A DNA stretch of 64,000 bases from Macrostomum lignano (lineage: Eukaryota). Made by a program: the position numbers and the translations under genes. Within the stretch, counting starts at the first letter, position 1. The number at the start of each line of letters is the position of its first letter. The stretch lies in the NCBI GenBank assembly GCA_002269645.1, contig NIVC01002271.1, forward strand, positions 124,103-188,102. Direction: 5' to 3'. Shown here piece after piece: positions 1-11,819 of the stretch. The notes under the pieces were generated by a model, which ran no database searches, was not told the origin of the DNA, and worked only from the letters and a program-made list of their open reading frames with translations.

Positions 1-480
1 TCTCTTCCTCTCTCACTCTCTTCCTCTTCCTCTCACTCTCTATCACTCTCTCTCTCTCTTTCACTCCCTCCCTCTCTCACTCTCTTCCTCTTCCTCTCAC
101 TCTCTCACTCTCTCACCTCTGGCTCTCCCTCTCCCTCTCTCACTCCCTCCCTCTCTCACTCTCTCACTCTTTCCCTCTCTCTCTCTCTCTCTCACTCTCT
201 CACTCTCTCACTCTCTCACTCTCTCACCTCTCCCTCTCAGTCTTTCACTCCCTCCCTCTCTCGCTCTCTCACTCTCTCTCTCTCACTCTCTCCCTCTCTC
301 TCTCTCTCTCTCTCCCTCTCACTCTTTCACTCTCTCACTCCCTCCCTCTCTCACTCTCTCACTCTTTCCCCCTCTCTCTCTCTCTCTCACTCTCTCACTC
401 TCTCACCTCTCCCTCTCAGTCTTTCACTCCCTCCCTCTCTCGCTCTCTCACTTTCTCCTTCTCCCTCTCCCTCTCCCTCT
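1..480. repeat. CT-rich simple repeat
   Basis: Degenerate (CT)n/CTCA/CTCC runs from the window start. Confidence 0.95.
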
Positions 481-794
481 CAGAAGAGAGGAGAGACGAA
501 AGAAGAGAGCTGAGAAGAGACTCAAGCTTTTTTAGCTGTTGTGAAGTTTTTATGGACCCCAGGGCCGGTTAGAGCGGCTTCTGCCAGCCTCTGGTCCAAA
601 ATCAATCCGGCTGTTTACTCCTATCTCTGTCTCCCTTCGCTGCCTTCTGATTGGTTCTTCAGTCTCGCCTCGTCTTCTTATCAGCATCCAGCTGGCCCCA
701 CCCAGTTGATGCTAAAAATAGAATACGAGCTCAGTGTTACTTGTCCTGTTCTTCTGTACATGACTCAATACTTGTAGCAATTTTTGGCGGTCAC

Positions 795-2048
795 CTGAGC
801 TCCAAGGCGTAGGACATTGACACGAGACCGTAACTGGACAAAAACCCTCTCATCTGACAATTGCCTCGAATCTCGGGGAAGTTATGAACGCACAAGTACG
901 AGTCGACCATGGCCAAAGAGGAGCCAATATACAGCGCGTACATCACTTGGTGAAAATCGAACTTGGTACTTTTCGTAGATAAGTAACCATTAGATTGGGT
1001 GACGACGTAAGCTGTTAAAGCGTAACGATAAGGTCGTGGAAATAGTCTATGCGATTTCTAGTAAATAAAGCTGAAATTACCCGCAAAGAGGGGCTTTGAG
1101 AGGACTACCTTGTATTTTATATAGCTTTGTGAGCCAGCCATTCACCTGTACGAGTGACCTTGAGCTTTGGGAGCCAGCCTCCTGTGACCTTCAGCTTTGA
1201 AAACTTCTACGTGTGGCCTTGAGCTTCGAGAATCTCTACGTGTGACCTTGAGCTTCGAGAATCTCTACGTGTGGCCTGGAGTTTCGAGAATCTCTACGTG
1301 TGACCTTGAGCTTCGAGAATCTCTACGTGTGACCTTGAGCTTCGAGAATCTCTACGTGTGACCTTGAGCTTCGAGAATCTCTACGTGTGACCTTGAGCTT
1401 CGAGAATCTCTACGTGTGGCCTGGAGTTTCGAGAATCTCTACGTGTGACCTTGAGCTTCGAGAATCTCTACGTGTGACCTTGAGCTTCGAGAATCTCTAC
1501 GTGTGGCCTTGAGCTTCGAGAATCTCTACGTGTGACTTTGAGCTTCGAGAATCTCTACTCGAGATCTTTACCTCATAGTTACATAAGACATGGTTAAAAT
1601 TTACGACAAGTAACGATCAGAGACTTAGTTATGCGAGCAACTCACCTATAACAGATCCAACAATGAGCAAAACGCACAGCGCAGTCTTGAGTATGGCAAA
1701 GGTGATGGTCATTCGCAACTGTTTCCTTGTAGACTGCACGCACAACTTACTGGCCGGGTACATGATGAGAAACGGCAGTATATTGTTGTCGAAATTGTTC
1801 CACGGCAGAAAGAACTGCGCCAAACTCTTCAATGATCGGCTGGTGCCAAAGAGCAGGCCGAAGGTCATTCCAATCAAGGAATTGCAGACTGTCTCGTTAA
1901 AGAAGACGTACAAACGATTGTTGATGATGCTCATGTAGACTATGCCCCATACAAGGAATAGGAATATTACTACTATAGTTGTCTGTATGTCTTCATGATG
2001 TGTGAACATGAACGCATAGGACTTGGAGTGATGCTCAGTCTCACCCAT
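795..2048 (-). CDS. Divergent SLC9/NHE (CPA1) Na+/H+ exchanger-like gene, partial; exons 2048-1646 and 1011-795
   Basis: Exon 1 (FMFTHHEDIQTTIVVIFL...NETVCNSLIGMTFGLLF...TITFAILKT) resembles NHE TM1-3. Donor G|GTGAGT at 1646 and acceptor AACAG| at 1011 join in phase to AYVVTQ...QVMYALYIGSSLAMVDSYLCVHNFPEI, which resembles NHE [22 protein letters not shown]. Downstream exons not identified. Confidence 0.55.
1165..1557. repeat. 29-bp minisatellite (GAGCTTCGAGAATCTCTACGTGTGACCTT)n in the NHE-like intron
   Basis: About 13 near-identical head-to-tail units with no spacers. Confidence 0.95.
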
Positions 2049-3952
2049 GATGATGTCCCAAGGTCTGGTGAGTTTTCAGTCAAAACTGAAATTAATTAAT
2101 TAGACAAAAATCCTAGGCTATGACTTTCACAAGTTTTCAATATTTTAATAGCCATGGCTTTCACGCTTCTAGAAGTTGCTACAGAAATGGCTTACGAGCG
2201 ATTTGTCTATGGTAAACCGGCAGCACCCGGTGCAGATCGGCAGATCCTCTTTGCACTTACTGACCTTTATTACGCCACTGTAAGAAATATAAAAACCATT
2301 TAGTCTTTGAGGAATTAGAAATGAAGTGACTTAAAACAATTCAAATGAAAATAACACTGTAGCTGATAATGAAGTGTCTAGAAGTGACGCTACTAGAGGG
2401 GAACCGTAGCCTAGTGGTCCAGCGATGATGTCCCAGTCTGATGTCCCAGCGGCCCAGGCTCGATTCCAAGTGCAGTCATTAAATATTGGGCCAAATTGGA
2501 ATCTCGGCTTGGCTCTGCTCGTGCAATTAACGGCCTTGAGAGCCAACCACCAAGACACAGTGAAGTGTGATAAATAAGGCAATTAGATAAATAGCATGCA
2601 CGGTAAGCAATTATTTAGGCCCTAGACAAACCTACTTGGAGCGTTTGGAGATTTTAAAGCTATTAATCCTAATCGCCTATCGCCGGTCGGCGAGTTCTAC
2701 CAGTCTTTCTCCAATAGCCGCAGGTACAGTACAGGAAAAGAAAGAACACGAGGGAACACGAACCGAAAGATTTAGAGAGTGATAATCCTATGTGATACAA
2801 ACTGATAATTGGCTAGACGATTTAATTTGATACTTCAAGTTACAAGATTTAAATTCAAAGCGGCGCAGATTACTAGAGTTGACAAAACGACGATAACGGT
2901 TAATAATAATAATTAGATTACGCAACTGGCAAGCGGATCTCAGCTGAAGAAGAGGAAGAAGAAGAACCGAACACGACCACGGAGAAGACTCCTAACCCCT
3001 GGCCTAAACCAGAACCTACACTCAAACGAGAGCCCTGCCGAACCGACCGTTCAACGGAGTACCGACTAAATTCTATCGGCACTGCCCTTCAGTGTGACAC
3101 TGAGGCCCTCGGGGTCGAGGCCGCGTACTTGATCAGATCCGACAGTCTCTATCTAAACCGCGCTTGATAGCGACGACGTCAGACAAGGATGCCGAATCGT
3201 TACGCTACAAGACTGAAGCGGTCGGGCGGGGAACAAAAATATGGACCGGGGGTGACGAAATCAAAACGCCTCAAAGCGCGAACCAAGGGGAAACAGGCCA
3301 CCGGCCGGGAAGCTGGAACACAAACCAAAACCGGGGACGGAGCAGGAAAGAGAAGGGAAAAAAGGGGTGAGATCCGATTGCCAAATACACTTTCATATAT
3401 AGTCAGAGTCACAACCCCTCAAAACCCCCCCTCAAGCCGGGTGGTGGTCGTCTGGCCGGCCGCTTGCTTAAGCCGAATTGCACTGTGCCCGCGGCGCCGG
3501 GTAGAATTGGAACTTGCCGCGTGCCAGGGTCCAGGCCGGTTCTGATTGGCTGGCCGCGCAAAGCTGGGGTTCGCAGAAAACTCAACCCTCCGCTGAGTCA
3601 CAAATGGCGTCTGACTTCTAACCTGTTTACGCAAAATAAACCTTAACTAACAAGAAAAAGTACACCAAAAACGCATGACTAAACTAAAGCAAAATAATAA
3701 TTCAATAACAATAATGCAAAACCTAACTAATAGAATACAAGGCTATCGCAAAAGATGCTCACACTACAGAAGTGTACATGCCTAATGATAATTAAAGTTA
3801 GGGCCGCTGTACACTCCTGTGTGAATGAGTGCCTGTGCGTATGACTGCGGAGGTATCCGCGCGCTTCTGTGCCTGCTCAGGGGAGTCGGCAAAATGGGCA
3901 ACAATGCCTCTTGCCGGTTGTGTGACAATGTCGCTTAAAGTAAAGTAGTACT

Positions 3953-4452
3953 AGAAGCGACTGGAAATAAAGCGACTGGAAATGAAGCGACTGGAAATGA
4001 AGCGACTGGAAATGAAGCGACTGGAAATGAAGCGACTGGAAATGAAGCGACTGGAAATGAAGCGACTGGAAATGAAGCGACTGGAAATGAAGCGACTGGA
4101 AATGAAGCGACTGGAAATGAAGCGACTGGAAATGAAGCGACTGGAAATGAAGCGACTGGAAATGAAGCGACTGGAAATGAAGCGACTGGAAATGAAGCGA
4201 CTGGAAATGAAGCGACTGGAAATGAAGCGACTGGAAATGAAGCGACTGGAAATGAAGCGACTGGAAATGAAGCGACTGGAAATGAAGCGACTGGAAATGA
4301 AGCGACTGGAAATGAAGCGACTGGAAATGAAGCGACTGGAAATGAAGCGACTGGAAATGAAGCGACTGGAAATGAAGCGACTGGAAATGAAGCGAACGGG
4401 AAATGAAGCGACTGGAAATGAAGCGACTGGAAATGAAGCGAACGGGAAATGA
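3953..4452. repeat. 15-bp minisatellite (AAGCGACTGGAAATG)n
   Basis: About 32 nearly perfect units; source of the MKRLE, SLHFQ and FPVAS ORFs. Confidence 0.97.
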
Positions 4453-6882
4453 AGCAACCAACAGAAATAGAAGCAACACAGGAAACTGTCAAGGAATAGA
4501 ATGGTGTGTTTTAGTAATGAAATCACTCATTTTTCCTAATGGTTTGATGGCAAATGTCCATTTGAATAAACATGGCTTGAGGCAGAAGATTCCAGTATTT
4601 TCTAGAATGTCCACGAAGTGGCCGCATGATTCTATGGCTTTTACCATAGACAACAAGTAGTATGAAGACGCACACGTCTTTTTGCCACCAGTGAACGGGC
4701 TTCTTTTTAGACGTGGGTCTTCATACTACTTGATAAACCTAGTTTTGTACCGATGAAAAAGAACTTTGAGAAGCTCAAGAAAAATGTAAATCTCTACTTC
4801 TCCCATTTTCTCTCCTGTCTGTTCTGTTTCCCTCCTCTCTAATCTCTCTCTCTAGTCTCCCCCTCTCCTCTCGCTTCTAGCTCTCGTCTTATCTCTTATC
4901 TCCTCTTAGTCTTATCTCTTCTCTCTCTATTCTCTTTCATTTTCTCTCATCTGATCTGACCCGCAGCCATGAGCTGGAATCGAATATTCTATAATAGGCC
5001 CTCGAACTTCTCGAAGGCCTCGATCTAAAAAAATTGTCTAATGACTCTAAACTAAAGTATCCAGAGCGTAGCAGGGTTATACCACCTCATTAAGCTGGTT
5101 GTTTCGGCGCATGATCCTCTTAGCATCGCAGCTTAAGTGCTTGGAAATGGAAAGTCAGGCCAGTTTTGTGGAACATAAACCTCGTACTCTCAATCAGATA
5201 GTACACTTAAGAATAATAAGATACCCTAAGCCTCTTCTCCATTAACGGAGTTGCAAAGAAAGCATAGCTACTTCAGAAGCCGTATCGCTTGACCTTTTAG
5301 TCAGGGGGAGGATTGTACACGTAGTGACTTGGAGCTTCCCCCCCGCCAAACTTTGTACTGGGCTTGCAATTCAAACGTGCAGTTAAAGAGCTAAATTTAA
5401 CACTAAATTCTAATCACGTGACGCCCGTTTATCGATCTAATTTTCCTTGGTCTGTGCGCGAAGCAAATGAAGCTCTATTGACGCCTCTCCGGTCCAAGCC
5501 CACACGCCACAACCCCAGTTAAAAGGGACGGGAGTGTACATTGTATGTACGATTATTCCTTCCTTCCTTTCCTTTCTAACCAGCCTAACTCAGCCCAACG
5601 CCAAAGCCATGCAAGCAATCGCATGCAAATGCAAATTATGCAAAGCGGTATGCAGCTTAATCTGATGAATTTCGATGCAAAAAAGGCATTTTTTACAAGA
5701 AAAAAATATCGAATGGTTATGAAATTCAAGAAATTTGTTAAATTAACTATATACAACACTGTGCATTGGTTTCAGTGCAAAATTCCTACCATTTCCAGTT
5801 TAAATAGCCCCGGAACTAACATAAAAGTAAAAAGTCAAGTTTTCAGTTTTTTATCAATAATTTTTTACCCAATGAACCGAATCTCTAGAAATTGCACACA
5901 AATATGCCTCGTTTTGTGGGAAATCAGCCGTCATAAAAATAATGCCGTCCTATTGCGTTTTTTTGCCTGATTTCAAGCAAAATATAAAAAAATCACTACT
6001 CTGATCGATTTCCAATCACTTTTGACACATGAGCATTTGGTGCAGACACTCAAAAACTTGGTCAATTTTAGCCAGACATTAGTACAACTCGTTGCAGTAT
6101 CCGCATTTGATCTACCATTCTTTTAAAAATTTAATCACCCATTTTTCTGGCACCCAATCAGCCAAAAATCACAAATTATCGATTTCTGATCGATTTTTCA
6201 ACCCGAAAGCAGCGAAATCAGACGGCGGCAATTTAAACCAATATAGTACAGCAACTATGCTATAGAAATTCGAAATCGGCTTATTCGCACCATGTTCTCA
6301 AAATTATAATGAGCAATAATGCGAAAGTCATGTGATTTTTTGAAAAATCGATTTTTGTCGATTTTCTCAGCACTGCAGAATCGTAGGGAAACAAAACTTT
6401 AGACACTTGTAGATTTTTGCATTGCGCATCCAACTGCACTGCTTTGAAGCCGAAACTAAAAAACCTTTGTAGGAAAAAGTGGCAAAATAATAAAATGAGG
6501 GTGACTTTTTTACCCAAAAAACACACCAAAACTGCATAAAGATGGCGAAATAAATCAAAGCGCCATATACCATTTTGTAGGAAATTTAGTTTTACAACTT
6601 TGATCCTCAGATGTCGAAGCCGTATCTCGTAAGGTGTACCAGAATTTTGAGATCTCCTAGAAGCACTTTTAAAAAAATCGTCTTTCCAGTTAATTTACGG
6701 CTTATTTAAAAAATCTCTGCATTTAAAAGTACATTCATTCGATAGATCTAAAAGTTTTCTATCGATCGACACCTCACTCAACTCAATCGGTGCAGTGGTT
6801 GCAAAACAGGAGCATTTTTTGGCGGAAAAACGTGAAATTTCAAAATGCATTAGAGTCTAACTTATTTACTCGTAAATACTTT

Positions 6883-7023
6883 CTAGCCCATGTCGGCCTT
6901 CGGCCGCCATGGGTAGAAATTATTCACTCGCCCTCGGCCCCTGGCGGGGCCTCGGGTTCTCTCGCTCTCGCCCGACGCCGCCTTCGGCGGCGCCGGGCTC
7001 GGCTCGTTCACTGGTGGAACTAG
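6883..7023 (+). mobile_element. GC-rich hairpin cluster ending in CTAG; possible Helitron/Helentron-type terminus
   Basis: Hairpins at 6883-6916, about 6937-6950 and 6970-6998, then CTAG at 7020-7023. No Rep/helicase seen. Confidence 0.3.
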
Positions 7024-7651
7024 CCTCTTTCCCGACGTGCACTTTACGGAATTTATAGTTGAAACTCTAATACAGATGTCTCGAGAAGGCAAAGTCTTAT
7101 AGTCTTATACCTACAAACTATAAAGTAAGGGCCGAGGCTGCATTGTACTTTTAAGACAAAAAAGCAATAACGCTGCCAAACAGACGGAGTTCAGTCTCTA
7201 AAAATGTTGAGCGCAACAGCCTATGCATGGCTCCTGACTGTTTTTGAGAAGTCGCTGTGTACAAAAAATTGAGCCTAGGAGAGTTTGAAGACTCATAAAG
7301 CATTATAGCGTCGTACTGTGCATTGAATTTCGCTCAAGTTTAAAAAATAAGTCTGCTCTACCCCTGACGAGACAAACAGAAAGACAGAAGAGAGAAGGAA
7401 ATAAGGAGACAGAGAGATACTCGCAGAAATAGGCTGAGCAGCAAATAAGATCACATTAAACCGCATACCATTGTAGTGCATTCGTGACGCCAAAACTGAC
7501 TGCCCAGTGCGCTCACAACTATTTATTTTCATTACTTTTTTCAACAGCATTGAGAGAGCATCAGCGATAAAAAAGAAGGCAGAAAAACTCGTTGACAATT
7601 TTTTGCGAGTCTGCCAGAGCTCACAGCAATAAGCTCCCATTCAACTTGGCA

Positions 7652-10600
7652 ATGCAGCAGCGACCCAATGGGGCCAACCATCTGTCTGTCGCCACTGTGC
7701 CAGAGACGTTCCGCAGGTCGGTCAGATCCAACGCCAGTATCCAGGCCCCGGCGTCAGAGGCTGTAGCGGCTTCCGCTGTCTCGCCAGCGACTGCCAACAA
7801 GCCGAAGTCTTCCAAGGTGGTCCGCATCAACTCTATAGAAAATCCGTTTACTCAGCTGCGCGATCGGCAGGCTCACGATCGAGCGGAGAGCGCGGCAGGT
7901 CGCAGCTCCGAGCATCGGTCGGCATCCTTTGATCAGCTGGCCCTGCTGTACGCCATGGGCCTCACCCTGTTTGGCTTTGTCTTTCCGCTATCAAACTATG
8001 TCAGCTTGGAGCCCTTCTCAGCTTGGTACCTGGCAGGCTTCTACATCATCTTGTACCTGGTTTCTATCGCCTTTCTCGTCTTCTTTCTTGCCTGGGTATT
8101 GAGACGACCGCCGCATATTTTGTTCCTATCGGACTCGGAGAGACGGCGCTACCAGCAAGAGCTTGATCAGAATCAGCAGCATCACAATCATCATCGACCG
8201 GGTCCGGTGACTTTTCACGTCGGGATGAATGGGTCTATGGACTCCGACGAAGAGGTCTGTGATCTGATCTGCTCGTAGATTGGTGTTAGAACTCAAAGTC
8301 GCAGTTCTGTGGTTACTTAGTTTGTGCTAGGAACTCATGGAGTCGTAGCCCTGTGGTTACTTAGTTTGTGCTGGGAACTCATGCATGGAGTCGTAGCCCT
8401 GTGGTTACTTACGCACGTAGTCTACGCTAGCAATTCATAGTCCTAGTGTGCTTCATACGACGTATATAAATTTTAGGTGTCTTAATATGAGCCACGTCTC
8501 CTAAGTATCTAGTGCCCAGATTCTAAATTCAAATTGTAAAATCTAATTTCATTTTCAGGACAGCGGAAACGACAACAAAGCGTTTGAAGCTAACAAGGAG
8601 GTAATGAATTTCATTAAGCACTTTTACTCCGGAGTTTATTCGAATCCGGGTTTAATATTATTAACTGTAATAAGTCATCGCTTCATCACTCCTAATTAAA
8701 ATATCCCCCGATTCTAGACCACAAAGGAGTCGACCGCTGCATCATATCTGCCCCCAGCCCCAGTTTCCGGTGTGGCCTGCATCGAACTGCACGAACCAGG
8801 AGCCAGTGAGAGTCCGGAACTGCCTGACAGGTGAAATAATTAAGGTTCATTTTCACGTATATCAGTGAGCAGAGTTGATTGCCCTCAGAGATTTTAGTTG
8901 GCTTAGTGGTACATTTTTTGTAATTGTTATGTCCTGCTTCTTAAGGATAAATCCTTGATGATAGATGCTCTCATCTGTACTCATCTGATAAGAATCTGTA
9001 CGCTTGACATCCCAGAATCGCATGATTTTCAACTCGGTAATTTGTCAAAGAAGTTTTTATTCCTAAACTCTCTGTTGATAGCTTTCTGTTTTTCTCTTCA
9101 AAGCTAGTTCCAAAGCGTGTAGGACTGTAGATTAGGTACATTTTCCGGTATATTTGATCGAGATTAAAGTCCCTATCTACCAGTCCATCGAAAAAATCCT
9201 ATTTCCTAGAATCGACTCCATCAGCAACGGCTCGTCCAACCGTAGCAGCACTGTCTTTGACCAGCAGACAACGGTGAATTCGGCGTATTCGGACGCAACA
9301 ACCGCATTCTCGGTCGCTACGGCAGCCGCCGCCGCTCGCCGTCGGCGAAACGGCGCTGCCGGCGGCGCTGGCCACGGCGGCGGCAGTAGGCGTCGTATGG
9401 GCGATCGGATCAACTCGACACTGCTGCAGAACGCCCGGGAATTTGGCGTCCAAGAGATCCCAGCTTGTTCAGTGCTGTCGCTGCAGGAGTCGCACTCGCC
9501 CTCGTTCTTCCTCCGGGTTGCCTGCTTCATCTTCGGCGCCTTGAAGATGACACACGAGACGCTGATGATTGTAGACTGCATGGCGGATATCACTGGCCAC
9601 TGCGCCTACAAGAAGGTCAGCGACTCCGTTGCCAAGGTGCTTCAGTACACGCTCAGCATCATTTTCACCGTGTTGCAGACCTTCTTTCTCTTTAAATACA
9701 GCAAAGTTTCAGTAAACATCTACAGAAATGTAAGTTTACTTAGTGCAGTTTACTTAGAACAATCTTTCATCTCTGATTCGTATAAATTTGCTAGAAAAAA
9801 ACGAATTTCAAACTCCGCCACACACAGCTCTCTGTGCTGGGCTTCATGCACCTGTTAGCTACCAACATGTGCGTTTGGTTCCAAGCGATCCTGCTGGAAA
9901 CGAGTCATAGTACAAATAATCACTCGGGTGGCAGCGACCACGGCGACGGAGACCACGGCAGTAGCAGTTACAGCAGCAATGATACATACTCGAATGCCAG
10001 CACAACTGCACACAGTGTTGGAAGCTCTTGCTCAAAAGACGTCTTCTGGAGGATGGCGCCCTACCTGTTTCCATTCACTATCGAGTACGCGCTGATGGCG
10101 GCGTTCACCTGTTTCACTCTGTATCGAAACGTTAGCAAATTTCTGGACGTCATTCAGTCCAAAGGCTTCAACGTGGCCAAGAAGTGTCTGAGAAATCGCA
10201 AACGTTCGCAGACTAGCTTCTCCGCCAGCTGCTACAAAACTGACAAAGGCTTCTTCCTTGGCGCTTTTCTGCTCATTCTGGGCATCGTGTCCGGGATCTA
10301 CTTCACTGTGTACGTCAACGACAAGCCAGACGATGCCGTTACAAGCCAATTAATCTATCAGATCACAGACCTGGTACTGCTGACAGTTAATCTAGTGCTG
10401 TGCGCCATTGCGAATGCCAAAATGCGCAAGTTGACTCTGCTACAACGGGCTGGCACGGGACCAGACTCCTGGCTGCTCGGCATCACCCTCATCGGAGTGC
10501 TGGCCTATCAGATGTTTCAATTGTTTGGCGCGTCCGCTGAGCAAGGCGTTTTTATGGCACTGCGAATCATCGAGGGCCTGCTCTCGATTGGGCAGAGCGT

Positions 10601-11819
10601 TTTCCAGGTGAGAGTCAGATAAAAAATGAATACTATATATGTCAGTTAGTAGCACTATGCTACTTATAGCTATTAGGGCTTCAGGCACTGCCGAAATTCA
10701 ATTGGCGACAGTTGATGCCCTTTTAATTGTGAATCCCTGGGCTGGCACACACTCACACAGGGTGTTACAGCGGCCTTGTTCTCATTGAGCATTTCTCGTT
10801 CGGCAGTGTACTCAGTCTCTTGGTTGGGACACAGTCTCTTGGTTAGAGACGCTGTCTCATGGTTGTGGGCGCTGTATCTTGGTTGGGGACGCTGTATCTT
10901 GGTTGGGGACGCTGTATCTTGGTTGGGGACGCTGTATCTTGGTTGGGGACGCTGTATCTTGGTTGGGGACGCTGTATCTTGGTTGGGGACGCTGTATCTT
11001 GGTTGGGGACGCTGTATCTTGGTTGGGGACGCTGTATCTTGGTTGGGGACGCTGTATCTTGGTTGGGGACGCTGTATCTTGGTTGGGGACGCTGTATCTT
11101 GGTTGGGGACGCTGTATCTTGGTTGGGGACGCTGTATCTTGGTTGGGGACGCTGTATCTTGGTTGGGGACGCTGTATCTTGGTTGGGGACGCTGTATCTT
11201 GGTTGGGGACGCTGTATCTTGGTTGGGGACGCTGTATCTTGGTTGGGGACGCTGTATCTTGGTTGGGGACGCTGTATCTTTTTTTTGGGCGCTGTATCAG
11301 AAATGTCCTGTTGCTGACGCTGTCCCAACATGCCCCATCAATAAAAATCCTGGCTACGCTCCTGCTAGCACCGCGACCGCAAATCTCACTAATAATGCGC
11401 TCACTGCAATCCTTCTACGCTCATAGGTCTACCTGGTTCTCGACGGTGAAAAGCGTCGCTCTAAAAGTGACGAAGTCATCGAGGAGAAGCCCGGCCGAGA
11501 GATGATTGCCGCCTTACTGCTGGGCAACATCGCCCAGTGGATTGTGTACACGTTGGAGATACGCGAGATCAACAATCTGCCAAACTACAGTCACGCCTAC
11601 GTACCAGTCGCGTCGAACATCTTTGCCTACGTGTGCTCGCCGCTGATCATCTTCTTCCGGTTCCATTCGGCCTGCTGTTTCGTGGAAATTTGGCGAACAG
11701 CTTACAAAGGAAGAAAGCGTCGATGTCAGAGTCATCCGGACCTGACCGTGTGCTCAACTGTTCCAGGCAGTGTGAGCGCTCTGCAGGATTCTTCGACTAA
11801 GTCGAACAGTCAGGCTTGA
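7652..11819 (+). CDS. Otop: Otopetrin-family proton channel; six exons: 7652-8254, 8559-8600, 8718-8830, 9210-9729, 9828-10607, 11427-11819
   Basis: All five introns are GT-AG and phase-consistent. Otopetrin motifs present: FYIILYLVSIAFL, SFFLRVACFIFG, LQTFFLF, GFMHLLATN, YLFPFTIEY, KPGRE, LLGNIAQW, PLIIFFRFHS. No internal stops. Confidence 0.92.
10862..11300. repeat. 20-bp minisatellite (GGTTGGGGACGCTGTATCTT)n in the last otopetrin intron
   Basis: About 21 perfect units between donor 10608 and acceptor 11426. Confidence 0.97.

Noticed and set aside
2331-3646. Several short ORFs, including K/R-rich ones
   Set aside because: No recognisable domain or consistent splice structure; could be a decayed element but I cannot support a call.
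3877-4526. Long ORFs made of MKRLE, SLHFQ, FPVAS and ISSRF repeats
   Set aside because: Stop-free translations of a 15-bp array in several frames on both strands.
5545-6800. AT-rich stretch resembling a non-autonomous DNA transposon
   Set aside because: Could not find terminal inverted repeats, a TSD or transposase remnants.
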